A stretch of DNA of 64,000 nt from a virus: IMG/VR virus record IMGVR_UViG_3300028844_006574, positions 1-64,000 of that record; one strand, given 5' to 3'. Of this stretch, positions 1-9,615 are shown piece by piece. The notes beneath the pieces are model-generated. The model saw only the letters and a list, made by a program, of their open reading frames with translations. It did no database searches and had not been told where the DNA came from. Each line of letters begins with the position of its first letter. Within the stretch, counting starts at the first letter, position 1. The translations under genes and the position numbers were made by a program.

Positions 1-1
1 A

Positions 2-664
2 TTTTTAGATCGTATCATAGAGAACAAACAACAAGGTAAATTCATCATCAGTATCGATAGTCTAGGTAATCTTGCTAGTAAAAAAGAGATGGAAGATATT
101 GAAAAGGATAAAAGTGCTGTTGATATGGGTACACGCGCCAAAGGACTCAAAAGCATGATGAGAACCTTGACGTTCAAAGCAGCTGAAGCCAACACAACAA
201 TTTTGTTCAGTAATCATACATATGACGACCCAGCTGCTATGTTTCCATCACTAGTGAAAAACCAAGCCGGTGGTAAAGGCCCGGTGTATCTAGCCAGTGT
301 GTTGGTACAATTAGCCAAACGAGACGAAAGAAACGATAAAAACAACGAGTCTGATCAAATGATAGCTGAAGCTAAAAATTACAGTGGTACCACTCTACGG
401 GCACTCACAGTGAAAAACCGCTTTGTACCACCTTTCTTAGAAGCTGAGATGTATTTAAATTTCAAAACTGGCCTAGACAAATATTCTGGTCTGTTGAATG
501 TCGCTGTGAATCATGGAGCTATTGTTCAAACAGGTAGCACATATCAATTACCTGACGGTACAAAACTAGGATATTACAAGCAGTGGAGAGATAAAGAAGA
601 AATATGGGAAAAGGTTTTACCAGTAATCGAAGAAAAATTAAAAGAAGATTATCAATACAATTAA
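2..664 (+). CDS. uvsX: RecA-like recombinase UvsX (5' truncated by window edge)
   Basis: Frame is open from base 2 (FLDRII...ISIDSLGNLASKKE, Walker B region), then DMGTRAK, NHTY, GGKG and KNRFVPPF motifs typical of T4 UvsX. Confidence 0.93.
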   Translation, partial: FLDRIIENKQQGKFIISIDSLGNLASKKEMEDIEKDKSAVDMGTRAKGLKSMMRTLTFKAAEANTTILFSNHTYDDPAAMFPSLVKNQAGGKGPVYLASVLVQLAKRDERNDKNNESDQMIAEAKNYSGTTLRALTVKNRFVPPFLEAEMYLNFKTGLDKYSGLLNVAVNHGAIVQTGSTYQLPDGTKLGYYKQWRDKEEIWEKVLPVIEEKLKEDYQYN

Positions 665-2166
665 GAGATCTTCCTATTGACCCATCCCGGGCGATTGAGT
701 ATTGCTTCAGACTCTTCTAGGTTAGCAGGAAATGAAACCCTCCCAGATGGCCCGCGGCTCAGACCCGAAAGTCCGGAACCACCCTTCCAACCACCGGTCT
801 GCATCGATTGAGCCATTCGTTTTGCTGCATTTATAGAATCTAGTTGCTGTGGAGTATATAAATTATCTGGTATAGGTACACCATTGACTGACGTGGGTAT
901 ACCTGCTTTGGTATTAAAATTAATCTTACTAGGGTCCACGTCTAACCCCATCCTACCAGCAAAATCTCTAGCTTGAGAGGATTGAGCTCTATATGTATCC
1001 ATCCTTCCCTCTAAGCGATCGAATTTATTCGCCAATGGGGACTTTGCTTTTTCCGCATCTCCTAGCGCTTGACCAGTATCAGCATTTGCACCATCAGCAC
1101 CACCGGTACCATCAGTACCATCAGCACCATCAGCACCAGGTGCCGATGCATCTCCCGGGCTCATCAATTTGTTGGCAATATTACCAACCATCTGTGAACC
1201 GGTGGTTATGGCACCTGTAGTCATCCCAGCGCTATGGGCAGCCGCACCAGCTTGTTTCAAAGCTTCCATTGGCTCAACGCCTTGTTTTCTTAGCTGGAAA
1301 TACTTGGGTACACCAGCCATACCTCCGCCAATTGCATAACCACTAGCAGCAGTACCGAGTACAGATATAAAAGCAGTACCCATGGCCATACTAGCCGCGC
1401 CAAATATTCCCATGGCTATAGCTTTGCTCATGTTTGGATTCTCCTTGACCCAGTTGACAATCTTACCAATCATGCCAGGTTCTTTGTTTCCATCTCCGGG
1501 TTGCGGTGGTGGTGGGTCTTTCAAAGTTGTTTGTTCTGGTGGTTGTTCCGGAGCAATGGATTGAGATGGTGGCGGGTCCTTCAAAGTGGTTTGCTCTGGT
1601 TCTGTTGGCTGCTCACCACTCACTCCTTGTTGAAAACCTTGTTTGACGTCTGACCAGGCATTTTTCACTCCCCGGACACCTTTACCAACACCCTTGGCTA
1701 TGTTACCCAACAAACCCTCGTTATGTAAATACAATATATGCTCTCTCAGCAACTCTTTATATGCGTCGTTACTCTCGTTTACCGGTGCACTGGTTATTTG
1801 CTGCTCCACTTGATCACCACCTTGTTGAGAAATCACTTGGTCTAGAGCACCTTGACCGTCTTGAGCAGCACTAGCTATTTGTACCAACGAATCCGGGTCG
1901 TTTTGTTTCAACCAATCAACAGCTTTTTGTATGATAGGTTGTAAAACTCTGCTATTGACAGTCGCACCAATGTTTTTTACAGCTCCACCGACTTTACCGG
2001 CCACGTTTTTCACAGTGTCCATCAAGCCTTCTTCAATTAATATTTGTTCTATTAAATGGTGTGTGTACTGTTCTTGTAAAAATGTCTCATACACTAATCG
2101 TTTATTACGCTGAGTTTCAGCCCTTCGATGAAAATTCTCCCATATTAGATGATTGTCTTTATTCAT
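661..2166 (-). CDS. Hypothetical Gly/Ala/Pro-rich protein with hydrophobic segment; paralog of 2184-3434; putative internal head (ejected) protein
   Basis: 501-aa ORF; N-terminal D-x-H-LIWE, repeated (I/L)-x-E motifs, hydrophobic stretch AIAMGIFGAASMAMGTAFISVLG. Confidence 0.7.
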   Translation of the reverse strand: MNKDNHLIWENFHRRAETQRNKRLVYETFLQEQYTHHLIEQILIEEGLMDTVKNVAGKVGGAVKNIGATVNSRVLQPIIQKAVDWLKQNDPDSLVQIASAAQDGQGALDQVISQQGGDQVEQQITSAPVNESNDAYKELLREHILYLHNEGLLGNIAKGVGKGVRGVKNAWSDVKQGFQQGVSGEQPTEPEQTTLKDPPPSQSIAPEQPPEQTTLKDPPPPQPGDGNKEPGMIGKIVNWVKENPNMSKAIAMGIFGAASMAMGTAFISVLGTAASGYAIGGGMAGVPKYFQLRKQGVEPMEALKQAGAAAHSAGMTTGAITTGSQMVGNIANKLMSPGDASAPGADGADGTDGTGGADGANADTGQALGDAEKAKSPLANKFDRLEGRMDTYRAQSSQARDFAGRMGLDVDPSKINFNTKAGIPTSVNGVPIPDNLYTPQQLDSINAAKRMAQSMQTGGWKGGSGLSGLSRGPSGRVSFPANLEESEAILNRPGWVNRKIS

Positions 2167-2183
2167 TTGATATAATTTTAAAA

Positions 2184-3434
2184 TTAAATGATTTTTTTAT
2201 TCACCCAACCAGGTCTAGGTAGTATTGACTCTTCAAAATCATCAATCATTGAATCAACACCACTTCTCATTCCACCTACAGTGCCATATCGAACCGTACC
2301 ATCGGGGTTACGTACTACGTTGTTTACATAAGTTGAGTCGGTAGAAGATCCCGGCTGAACTGGTTGTTCTGCCCCGGCGGTCGGTTCAGCACCAGCACCG
2401 CCACCTCCACCCATCAATTTACCTGCAACATTCCCGGCCAGACCAGCACCAGTCGCTAGTGTAGCTCCTGACATACCACTGTCATGAGCGGTTGCACCGG
2501 CCTGTTTCAATGCTTCCATTGGCTCAACACCTTGTTTACGAAGCTCTAAATATTTAGGTACACCCTTCATACCACCGGCAATAGCATAACCTGCTGCAGC
2601 TTGTGTAAGAACTGTGGCGAAAGCTGCTCCTAGTCCCACGCTGGCCGCTCCCATGATACCCATGGCTATAGCTTTGCTCATGTTAGGATTCTCTTTGACC
2701 CATCCCATGATTTTGCTCAACACACCTTGTTTATCACCACCTGGTGCTGGTTGTCCATCCAGTGCAGGTTTATTTGCTACAGGTGATTCACCTGGTGCTG
2801 GTTGTCCATCCAGTGCAGGTTTATTTGCTACAGGTGATTCACCTGGTGCTGGTTGTTCACCACTCACACCCTGTTGGTAACCTTGTTTAATATCCTGCAC
2901 ACCACTCTTAATGGCCCCCGGGAGTTGTTTAGCTTTGTTAACTAACTTACCAGCACCCTTGGCTATGTTACCCAACAAACCCTCGTTATGTAAATACAAT
3001 ATATGCTCACGTAACATCTCTTTGTATTGAGCATCAAAGTCTTCGTTGATCGGAGCATTGACTATTTGCTGCTCCACTTGATCACCACCTTGTTGAGAAA
3101 TCACTTGGTCTAGAGCACCTTGACCATCCGATGCCGCGCTAGCCACTTGTACCAACGCATCCGGGTCGTTTTGTTTCAACCAATCAACAGCTTTTTGTAC
3201 GATGGGTTGAATCATTTTAGAATTGACTGTCGCGCCAATGTTTTTTATAGCCCCACCGACTTTACCGGCCACGTTTTTCACAGTGTCCATCAAGCCTTCT
3301 TCAATTAATATTTGTTCGATCAAATAACTAGTGTACTGTTCTTGAATTAAAGATTCATTGTAAATTCTTTTTTGCTTTTGAATACTAGCTCGGTGTTCAA
3401 ATTGCTCCCATATTAAATGTGTATCATTATTCAT
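2184..3434 (-). CDS. Hypothetical protein, paralog of 661-2166; putative internal head (ejected) protein
   Basis: 416-aa ORF, long identical blocks with neighbour, TAAATA 8 nt upstream of ATG. Confidence 0.7.
   Translation of the reverse strand: MNNDTHLIWEQFEHRASIQKQKRIYNESLIQEQYTSYLIEQILIEEGLMDTVKNVAGKVGGAIKNIGATVNSKMIQPIVQKAVDWLKQNDPDALVQVASAASDGQGALDQVISQQGGDQVEQQIVNAPINEDFDAQYKEMLREHILYLHNEGLLGNIAKGAGKLVNKAKQLPGAIKSGVQDIKQGYQQGVSGEQPAPGESPVANKPALDGQPAPGESPVANKPALDGQPAPGGDKQGVLSKIMGWVKENPNMSKAIAMGIMGAASVGLGAAFATVLTQAAAGYAIAGGMKGVPKYLELRKQGVEPMEALKQAGATAHDSGMSGATLATGAGLAGNVAGKLMGGGGGAGAEPTAGAEQPVQPGSSTDSTYVNNVVRNPDGTVRYGTVGGMRSGVDSMIDDFEESILPRPGWVNKKII
2740..2856. repeat. 51-bp perfect tandem repeat (2 copies + 15-nt partial) encoding QPAPGESPVANKPALDG
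   Basis: cctggtgctggttgt... unit starts at 2740, 2791 and 2842. Confidence 0.95.
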
Positions 3435-3436
3435 GC

Positions 3437-3465
3437 TTGAATTATTTAGTCAAGTAGTATACAAT
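3437..3465 (+). promoter_or_regulatory. sigma70-like early promoter TTGAAT-N17-TACAAT; late TAAATA on the minus strand nested in its spacer (3443-3448)
   Basis: Exact 17-nt spacer; ATG of queC 6 nt after -10 box. Confidence 0.7.
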
Positions 3466-3471
3466 TAACAT

Positions 3472-4182
3472 ATGAGAAAATGTGTTATTCCCGTGAGCGG
3501 TGGTTTAGATTCAAGTACTATACTGTATTATGTAAAGAAACAACGCCCGGAGTTCGAAGAAATTCATACACTCACGTTTGATTATGGTCAGAGACACAAA
3601 CGTGAGATCGACAGTGCAACAGACATAATACTGGGCCAGGTGGCTAGCCATCGTGTGACAAATGTACAGTTCATAAAAGAACTGTTCTCGACAAGCTCAC
3701 TAACGAATGATGATATAGATGTGGCTAAAACAGCTGATGTGTTAGGTGACCCACAAACTGTCAATTATGTACCCAACAGAAACATGATATTGTTGAGTAT
3801 CTGCACCGGTTATGCAGAGAGTATCGGAGCAGACACTGTATTCCATGGATCTGCGCAAGTGGATAGTGAAGCTGGTTACTGGGATGGTACACCCGAATTT
3901 TTAAAATGTTTAAACAACTTGAACGAACTGAACAGAAGAGACCGCGTCACAGTTGAGGCACCATTAATAGACAAATCAAAACAACAGATTATCAAAATGG
4001 GTCTAGAATGCGGTCTAGATTTTAGTAAAACATGGACTTGTTACGAGGGCGGTGAAGAGGCGTGTGGCAAATGCACTGCGTGCAGCAGCCGCATAAAGGG
4101 TTTTATTGACAATAAAAAACAAGACCCAGTCCCATACTCGATATACATACCCTGGGAACAATTTGGGTGTGACAAAATATAA
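3472..4182 (+). CDS. queC: QueC-family 7-cyano-7-deazaguanine synthase
   Basis: SGGLDS PP-loop, FDYGQRH, YVPNRN, TWTCY...CGKCTAC Zn motif. Confidence 0.93.
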   Translation: MRKCVIPVSGGLDSSTILYYVKKQRPEFEEIHTLTFDYGQRHKREIDSATDIILGQVASHRVTNVQFIKELFSTSSLTNDDIDVAKTADVLGDPQTVNYVPNRNMILLSICTGYAESIGADTVFHGSAQVDSEAGYWDGTPEFLKCLNNLNELNRRDRVTVEAPLIDKSKQQIIKMGLECGLDFSKTWTCYEGGEEACGKCTACSSRIKGFIDNKKQDPVPYSIYIPWEQFGCDKI

Positions 4183-4865
4183 TGTGCGGTATATACGGAT
4201 CAACTAGTTACTCAGGATTCAAACAATTGCACGAGTTGAACGTGACTCGTGGCAATTTCGCCACCGGTCATCTCTTTGTGACTAACACCGGTGATTATGA
4301 GATAGAAAGATTCTCCGGTGAAAACAATTACGATGAATATCCAACCATGGAACAGGTGGGTCATTACAACATGTACATGGGTCACACCCAATCTCCAACT
4401 GGTTCAGTGAGAGATTTTCGATTCGATACATCACACCCGTTTGAAACTCGTAACTGGGTTGTGGCTCACAATGGTGTGTTGAACAATCACCAATCTCTAG
4501 CAGACGAATTCATAAAAAATTACAAATGTGAGGTTGACTCTATGATAATCCCAGAATTTATGGAGCATTTGATCCGAAACAAACCAATCAAAGACAATAT
4601 TGAATTGATGGACAATGTTGTCAAATCAGTATTAAATAGATTATCCGGAACTTACGCACTGTTTATATACAACAAAATTAACAACTTGATATATATAGCT
4701 CGTTCCGGAAGCACATTGTTTTACAACCCGGAAGATTTTGAATTCTCATCCGTAAAAACCGATCAAACCGTCCCGGTACCAGAAGGTATCTTATACAGAT
4801 ACAACGGTAGAAAATTTATTGAAATTTCACAATTGCAAATCAATTCATCATTTATTATATTTTAA
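4182..4865 (+). CDS. Class II (Ntn) glutamine amidotransferase
   Basis: N-terminal MCGIYG, GHT, SHPF, VAHNG, VDS motifs; start overlaps queC stop. Confidence 0.88.
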   Translation: MCGIYGSTSYSGFKQLHELNVTRGNFATGHLFVTNTGDYEIERFSGENNYDEYPTMEQVGHYNMYMGHTQSPTGSVRDFRFDTSHPFETRNWVVAHNGVLNNHQSLADEFIKNYKCEVDSMIIPEFMEHLIRNKPIKDNIELMDNVVKSVLNRLSGTYALFIYNKINNLIYIARSGSTLFYNPEDFEFSSVKTDQTVPVPEGILYRYNGRKFIEISQLQINSSFIIF

Positions 4866-4867
4866 CT

Positions 4868-5569
4868 ATGAGCAACACAAAAATTGAACTCAAACCATTG
4901 CTGATTGTTTCAGCTACAAAACAAAAAGAAGAAAAAGAAACGAGATTAGGTGCGTGTAAGAATGCACTAAATAACCAAGCTAATTTTAGATTCATTAAAG
5001 AAAATGAAAAAGGTTTACCCAAAGTATACAATGATTTTTTCACTAAAAAGATAGAAAAGAAACACGATATTGTAATTTTTTGTCATGATGATCTGTACAT
5101 AGATGATTCAAAAATACGAGGTAAATTGTACAAGTCAATGTTTGTAGATGGTTATGATATTGTCGGACTAGCAGGAGCCAGTACATGTAACATATCAGAA
5201 GACAAACCAACACTATGGCACCTCATGAGCGACCGTCAAACATGGAGTGGTACTGTGTTTCATCCGTACGGAAACAACACTAATCAAGTGATGTCAACAA
5301 CATACGGACCCACCCCACAGAGATGTTTAGTACTGGATGGCTTGTTCTTAGCAGTGAACATCAAACGAGCCAGGGAAACCGGATGGCGATTCAACGAAAC
5401 ATTTAATTTTCATCATTATGACATAGCCGCATGTTTAGACGCGAATGTAAAGCAGATGAAAATGGGGACCTGCATGATACATGCTGTACATGACTCACCT
5501 GGTTTATCATCTCTTGAAGACCCTGGGTGGAAAGCTAGCTCTGATAAATTTTTAGAATTATACGGATAA
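4868..5569 (+). CDS. GT-A fold (GT2-like) glycosyltransferase
   Basis: GLPKVYN, IFCHDDL (DxD-like), LDGLFLAV, FHHYD motifs. Confidence 0.8.
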   Translation: MSNTKIELKPLLIVSATKQKEEKETRLGACKNALNNQANFRFIKENEKGLPKVYNDFFTKKIEKKHDIVIFCHDDLYIDDSKIRGKLYKSMFVDGYDIVGLAGASTCNISEDKPTLWHLMSDRQTWSGTVFHPYGNNTNQVMSTTYGPTPQRCLVLDGLFLAVNIKRARETGWRFNETFNFHHYDIAACLDANVKQMKMGTCMIHAVHDSPGLSSLEDPGWKASSDKFLELYG

Positions 5570-5570
5570 A

Positions 5571-6893
5571 ATGATTGGTATAGACGATCAATTGTTTGAG
5601 CACGTGCTCATACACAACTGCATGTCAGATGATAGATACCTGGCTAGTATAATTGATTATTTAAAACCGGAGCACTTGAAGGACTCTAATATAAAACAAA
5701 CTTATACTTTGTTGTCAGAGTTTTATATAGAGCATGGAGAACTACCCACATCTACAGAAATAAAAACAAGATGTGATACAGATGAGCTCAAAACAGCAGT
5801 AAGAAATGTTGTAAGTTATATAAAAAACTTAGACAAAGACTACAACAAAGATGAGTTATACAAAAATACAGAACAATTCATAAAGGAACGTGCTGTATAT
5901 ACAACATTACTAGACGTGGTTGATCAAGGATCTTCCGGTGAGTTGGAACCTAGTGAACTTTTAACTAAATTCGAAACAGCATGTAACATAAACCTGAATG
6001 TTGATGTTGGTATCAAGTATCTAGATGATGTAGACTTACATGTTGACGACATGTTGAGAGAAGAAAAATACATGAAAACCGGTTGGGATTGGTTAGATAA
6101 AAAATTAAACGGAGGTTTTTTGCAAAATGGCCGCGCATTGTATGTACTAGCCGGTGAAACAAATGTAGGTAAGAGTATATTTTTAGGTAACATAGCTACA
6201 AACTTGTGTAAGCAGAACAAAAAGGTCTTGCTAGTATCATTAGAAATGTCTGAAATGTTATATGCAAAGCGTCTCAGCTCAAACATCGCGCAAGTACCTA
6301 TCAATGAAGCTCATTTAAGTACAGATTTTCTCAAAGAAAGTGTCAAAAGTTTCAAAACAAAGCACTCTGACGCTCAATTAGTCGTTAAAGAGTTTCCACC
6401 TAGTACTGTAACACCACAACAATTGACTGCGTATATTAAAAAATTAACGCAGACGGTTATGAAACCAGACGCTATTGTGTTGGATTATATCAATCTACTC
6501 AAAGGACCCACCGGTAGTAGTAGTTACGAGCAAATAAAGAAGATAACAGAGCAAGTGAGAGCCATATCATACAAGTTTGAATGTCCGATCATAACAGCAA
6601 CACAGCTCAACCGTTCCGGGTATAATGAGACAGACCCAGGGTTAGAATCTGTGGGTGAGAGTTATGGTATGGGTGCAACAGCAGACTGTGTTGTGAGTAT
6701 CTGGCAACGTGAAGAAGACGCGGAATTGAACGTTATAAACATGGGCATGATGAAAAACCGGTTTGGACCAAACTTTGGCACTTGCGCGATGAACATAGAT
6801 TACAGTACATTAACCGTGACTGAACAAGAGAATGTGAATGAAACAGAACAGATGAGTGAAACCATAGGGTCACTATCTATATTGAGTGATTGA
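5571..6893 (+). CDS. gp41: DnaB-like replicative helicase (T4 gp41)
   Basis: GETNVGKS Walker A, SLEM, VKEFP, LDYINL, TATQLNR, KNRFG. Confidence 0.95.
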   Translation: MIGIDDQLFEHVLIHNCMSDDRYLASIIDYLKPEHLKDSNIKQTYTLLSEFYIEHGELPTSTEIKTRCDTDELKTAVRNVVSYIKNLDKDYNKDELYKNTEQFIKERAVYTTLLDVVDQGSSGELEPSELLTKFETACNINLNVDVGIKYLDDVDLHVDDMLREEKYMKTGWDWLDKKLNGGFLQNGRALYVLAGETNVGKSIFLGNIATNLCKQNKKVLLVSLEMSEMLYAKRLSSNIAQVPINEAHLSTDFLKESVKSFKTKHSDAQLVVKEFPPSTVTPQQLTAYIKKLTQTVMKPDAIVLDYINLLKGPTGSSSYEQIKKITEQVRAISYKFECPIITATQLNRSGYNETDPGLESVGESYGMGATADCVVSIWQREEDAELNVINMGMMKNRFGPNFGTCAMNIDYSTLTVTEQENVNETEQMSETIGSLSILSD

Positions 6894-6927
6894 TTTACAG
6901 AAAATAATTACATAAATACTAGCTAAC

Positions 6928-7821
6928 ATGAAAAATATAGTGTTTACAGATGCAGACCTAGACGGTAGCATGAGCTATCTATTACTAAAATGGGCACTCA
7001 AAAGCACATTACCATACAAAGTAACAACAGTCACCAAATTTCATGACGATTTCACTGCATGGAAAAGAAAAAACAAAACCGAAGATTATAACAAGATCAT
7101 AATTTTAGACTTAGATGTTTCACAGTCACAAGAATTGATCGATTTACCTAACGTTGTTATTGTAGATCATCACAAAACACACGTACCAAACCGAGAAAAA
7201 TATAAACATGCCAAAGCTATTGTACAGGAGTACCCTAGTTGTGCTAAATTGTTGTACAAAATATATAAACATAAGCTTGACGATGTTATAGATAATAATC
7301 AAAAGAAACTGTTATTACTCGTAGATGACTATGATAGTTGGACACACAAATACCCACAGAGTAAGAAACTAAACTATCTGTTCTGGAACTATCAAGGAGA
7401 TCGTTTAGAAAAATTTCTCAAAGATTTTCAATTCGGTTTCAAAAGCTTCAACGACCAGCAAACTAAAACTATAGATTTCTATGAACGTAAGCTCGAAAAA
7501 ACAGTGAACAATCTAGCTTATCACCAAGCACTTGTAGCTATACAAGGTAAAAAACGTAAATGTATAAGTACTTTCGCTAGTACATTGATTAGTGATATAG
7601 GTAACTACTTGGTTGATGAGATGAGCGCCGATATAGGGTTCGTGATCAACCCCGAGACAAACAGAGTGAGTGTAAGAAAAAATAAAGAATGTACAGTAGA
7701 TGTAGGAAAACTAGCTCAAGTGTTGTTGGATGGAGGAGGCCATGAAGCTGCGTCTGGTGGTGTATGTACAGAAAAATTTTTAGAGCTGAGTAAATTATTC
7801 AAACCTATACATCATGTATAA
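6928..7821 (+). CDS. DHH/DHHA1 family phosphoesterase
   Basis: DADLDG, ILDL, VDHH, DDYD, GGGHEAASG motifs. Confidence 0.9.
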   Translation: MKNIVFTDADLDGSMSYLLLKWALKSTLPYKVTTVTKFHDDFTAWKRKNKTEDYNKIIILDLDVSQSQELIDLPNVVIVDHHKTHVPNREKYKHAKAIVQEYPSCAKLLYKIYKHKLDDVIDNNQKKLLLLVDDYDSWTHKYPQSKKLNYLFWNYQGDRLEKFLKDFQFGFKSFNDQQTKTIDFYERKLEKTVNNLAYHQALVAIQGKKRKCISTFASTLISDIGNYLVDEMSADIGFVINPETNRVSVRKNKECTVDVGKLAQVLLDGGGHEAASGGVCTEKFLELSKLFKPIHHV

Positions 7822-8101
7822 TTATGAAGAAAATCCAATCGAGTCTTTATATAGAGAAGACCTTGAACACACGTTTTATAGTTTCTGTAGCTTGATCGCT
7901 ATGAGTAAAAACAAAAAAATGAACATAGCTAGTATATTTATAGAAGTGTTACAAGATAAAAATTTACTTGACATTTATAAGGAACTATGTGATCATAATA
8001 CGAAATATGAAGCTGTCAGAAGCTTCTTAACAATTGAACCGAGTTTACAAAAGAGCAAATACATTAAAAGATACATAAACAAAAACCTTGAAACTACCTA
8101 A
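7814..8101 (+). CDS. Hypothetical protein
   Basis: 95-aa ORF overlapping upstream stop, operon context. Confidence 0.7.
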   Translation: MYNYEENPIESLYREDLEHTFYSFCSLIAMSKNKKMNIASIFIEVLQDKNLLDIYKELCDHNTKYEAVRSFLTIEPSLQKSKYIKRYINKNLETT

Positions 8102-8116
8102 AAAATATATTATAAT
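8088..8116 (+). promoter_or_regulatory. sigma70-like promoter TTGAAA-N17-TATAAT
   Basis: Near-consensus; ATG of gp32 6 nt downstream of -10. Confidence 0.8.
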
Positions 8117-8122
8117 TAAATC

Positions 8123-9001
8123 ATGAGCGCATTCACCACAAGTATGTTTGATTCGATTAAAGAATCATTATCAAAAGCCCCTACATCTGGATTCAAAGAT
8201 GTACTTAAATTCAAACCTGGAACCAGTTGTGAGTTGAGATTATTACCCAATGTAAAAAAACCAGCTGAAACATTTTATCATTACTATACCTACGGTTGGG
8301 AAAGCTTTGCGACCGGACAATATATAAATGTCGTGTCACCACAGACTGTAGGTGAACGATGCCCAGTGAGTGAAGCACGTTACAAAATGAGACAAGGTTC
8401 CGGTGAAGAACAAGAAAAGTCTAGCAAAGTGATGAGACGAGAACAATGGTTAGTAAACACTTATGTTATCAATCATTCAGAAGAGTCTGAAAACAATGAC
8501 TCTGTAAAAATATTACGATACGGTAAACAACTTCACAAGATAATAACAGATGCTATTGAAGGTGAAGATGCTGATCAGTTCGGTGCTCGAGTGTTTGATC
8601 TTTCAGAAAACGGAAGCAGCTTCCGTGTCAGATGTGATAAACAAGGTGATTTTCCTACCTATGTCGCTAGTAAATTCTTAATTCCGGCTGCGGTGCCAGG
8701 TCTTAACGAGAGTGATGTGAGTAAAATATATGATCAAGCCATCACACTCAACGATGTATTTCCAGTAAAATCATATGATGAATTACAAGAAGTTGTGAAT
8801 GAACACTTGTATTGTCAGACTACTACTAGCGTTGTTGTGGATAACGTACTGGAAAGTCCATCAAGTGACCCGGATCTAAATGAGGATATTCCGATGGATT
8901 TTGACGCTCCATCCGCTAAAAAAGAGACTAAAAAAGAGGTCAAGAAAGAAGCTGATATTGATATCCCAGACGATCTATTAGAAGGTCTAGAAGATTTATA
9001 A
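8123..9001 (+). CDS. gp32: Single-stranded DNA-binding protein (T4 gp32-like)
   Basis: LRLLP, CPV, KILRYGKQL, FDLSENG, Y..SKF, KSYDEL and acidic C-terminal tail. Confidence 0.88.
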   Translation: MSAFTTSMFDSIKESLSKAPTSGFKDVLKFKPGTSCELRLLPNVKKPAETFYHYYTYGWESFATGQYINVVSPQTVGERCPVSEARYKMRQGSGEEQEKSSKVMRREQWLVNTYVINHSEESENNDSVKILRYGKQLHKIITDAIEGEDADQFGARVFDLSENGSSFRVRCDKQGDFPTYVASKFLIPAAVPGLNESDVSKIYDQAITLNDVFPVKSYDELQEVVNEHLYCQTTTSVVVDNVLESPSSDPDLNEDIPMDFDAPSAKKETKKEVKKEADIDIPDDLLEGLEDL

Positions 9002-9615
9002 TGGCTGAAGAAGTTCAAAAAATACAAGCGGAACAACCTAAACTACATGAACCCCCACCACCTGGTACCGGTTCATCAGTTGATGGTCAGCAATACACAC
9101 CCGCTAGGCAAGATTTGCGACCACAGGACGTGGGTTTGATTGAAAACTTCATTGGTGGTATATACGGAGAAGCTAAGCAAATAGAAAACAACAACATTGG
9201 TGACAATAAATTCACTAAGGCTGTAAAAATGGATGCAGCTAAAGAAATAGTAAATGTTAGAAATATCGCTCGTGGTACGCAACCTCCACCACCGCAACCG
9301 GTACCACAACAACCCCCACCCGTACTGCCAGTTCAACAACCCATGCAACAAGCAATACAAGGTCATGTACCTACAAACACAAGCGATTCACTAATTCTCA
9401 AGCATGAAATTGACCAACTAAAAGACCAAGTAAAAGATATCAAGAGAGTTTATGATGAATTTGTAAAATTGAAGACCGTAAAAGGTAAATGGGTTATTAA
9501 ACATGATTCAAAAACACAAAGCGCACCTACAATCTCAAAAACATGGAACACACTTACTAAATTGTTGAAAAACAAAACAAAATCCATTACAATTGAGTAT
9601 GTAGAAGATGAGTAA
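9001..9615 (+). CDS. Hypothetical protein with Pro/Gln-rich linker and coiled coil
   Basis: 204-aa ORF coupled to gp32 stop. Confidence 0.7.
   Translation: MAEEVQKIQAEQPKLHEPPPPGTGSSVDGQQYTPARQDLRPQDVGLIENFIGGIYGEAKQIENNNIGDNKFTKAVKMDAAKEIVNVRNIARGTQPPPPQPVPQQPPPVLPVQQPMQQAIQGHVPTNTSDSLILKHEIDQLKDQVKDIKRVYDEFVKLKTVKGKWVIKHDSKTQSAPTISKTWNTLTKLLKNKTKSITIEYVEDE

Noticed and set aside
2740-2856. CRISPR-like direct repeats
   Set aside because: Contiguous in-frame 51-bp tandem copies with no unique spacers; a coding repeat
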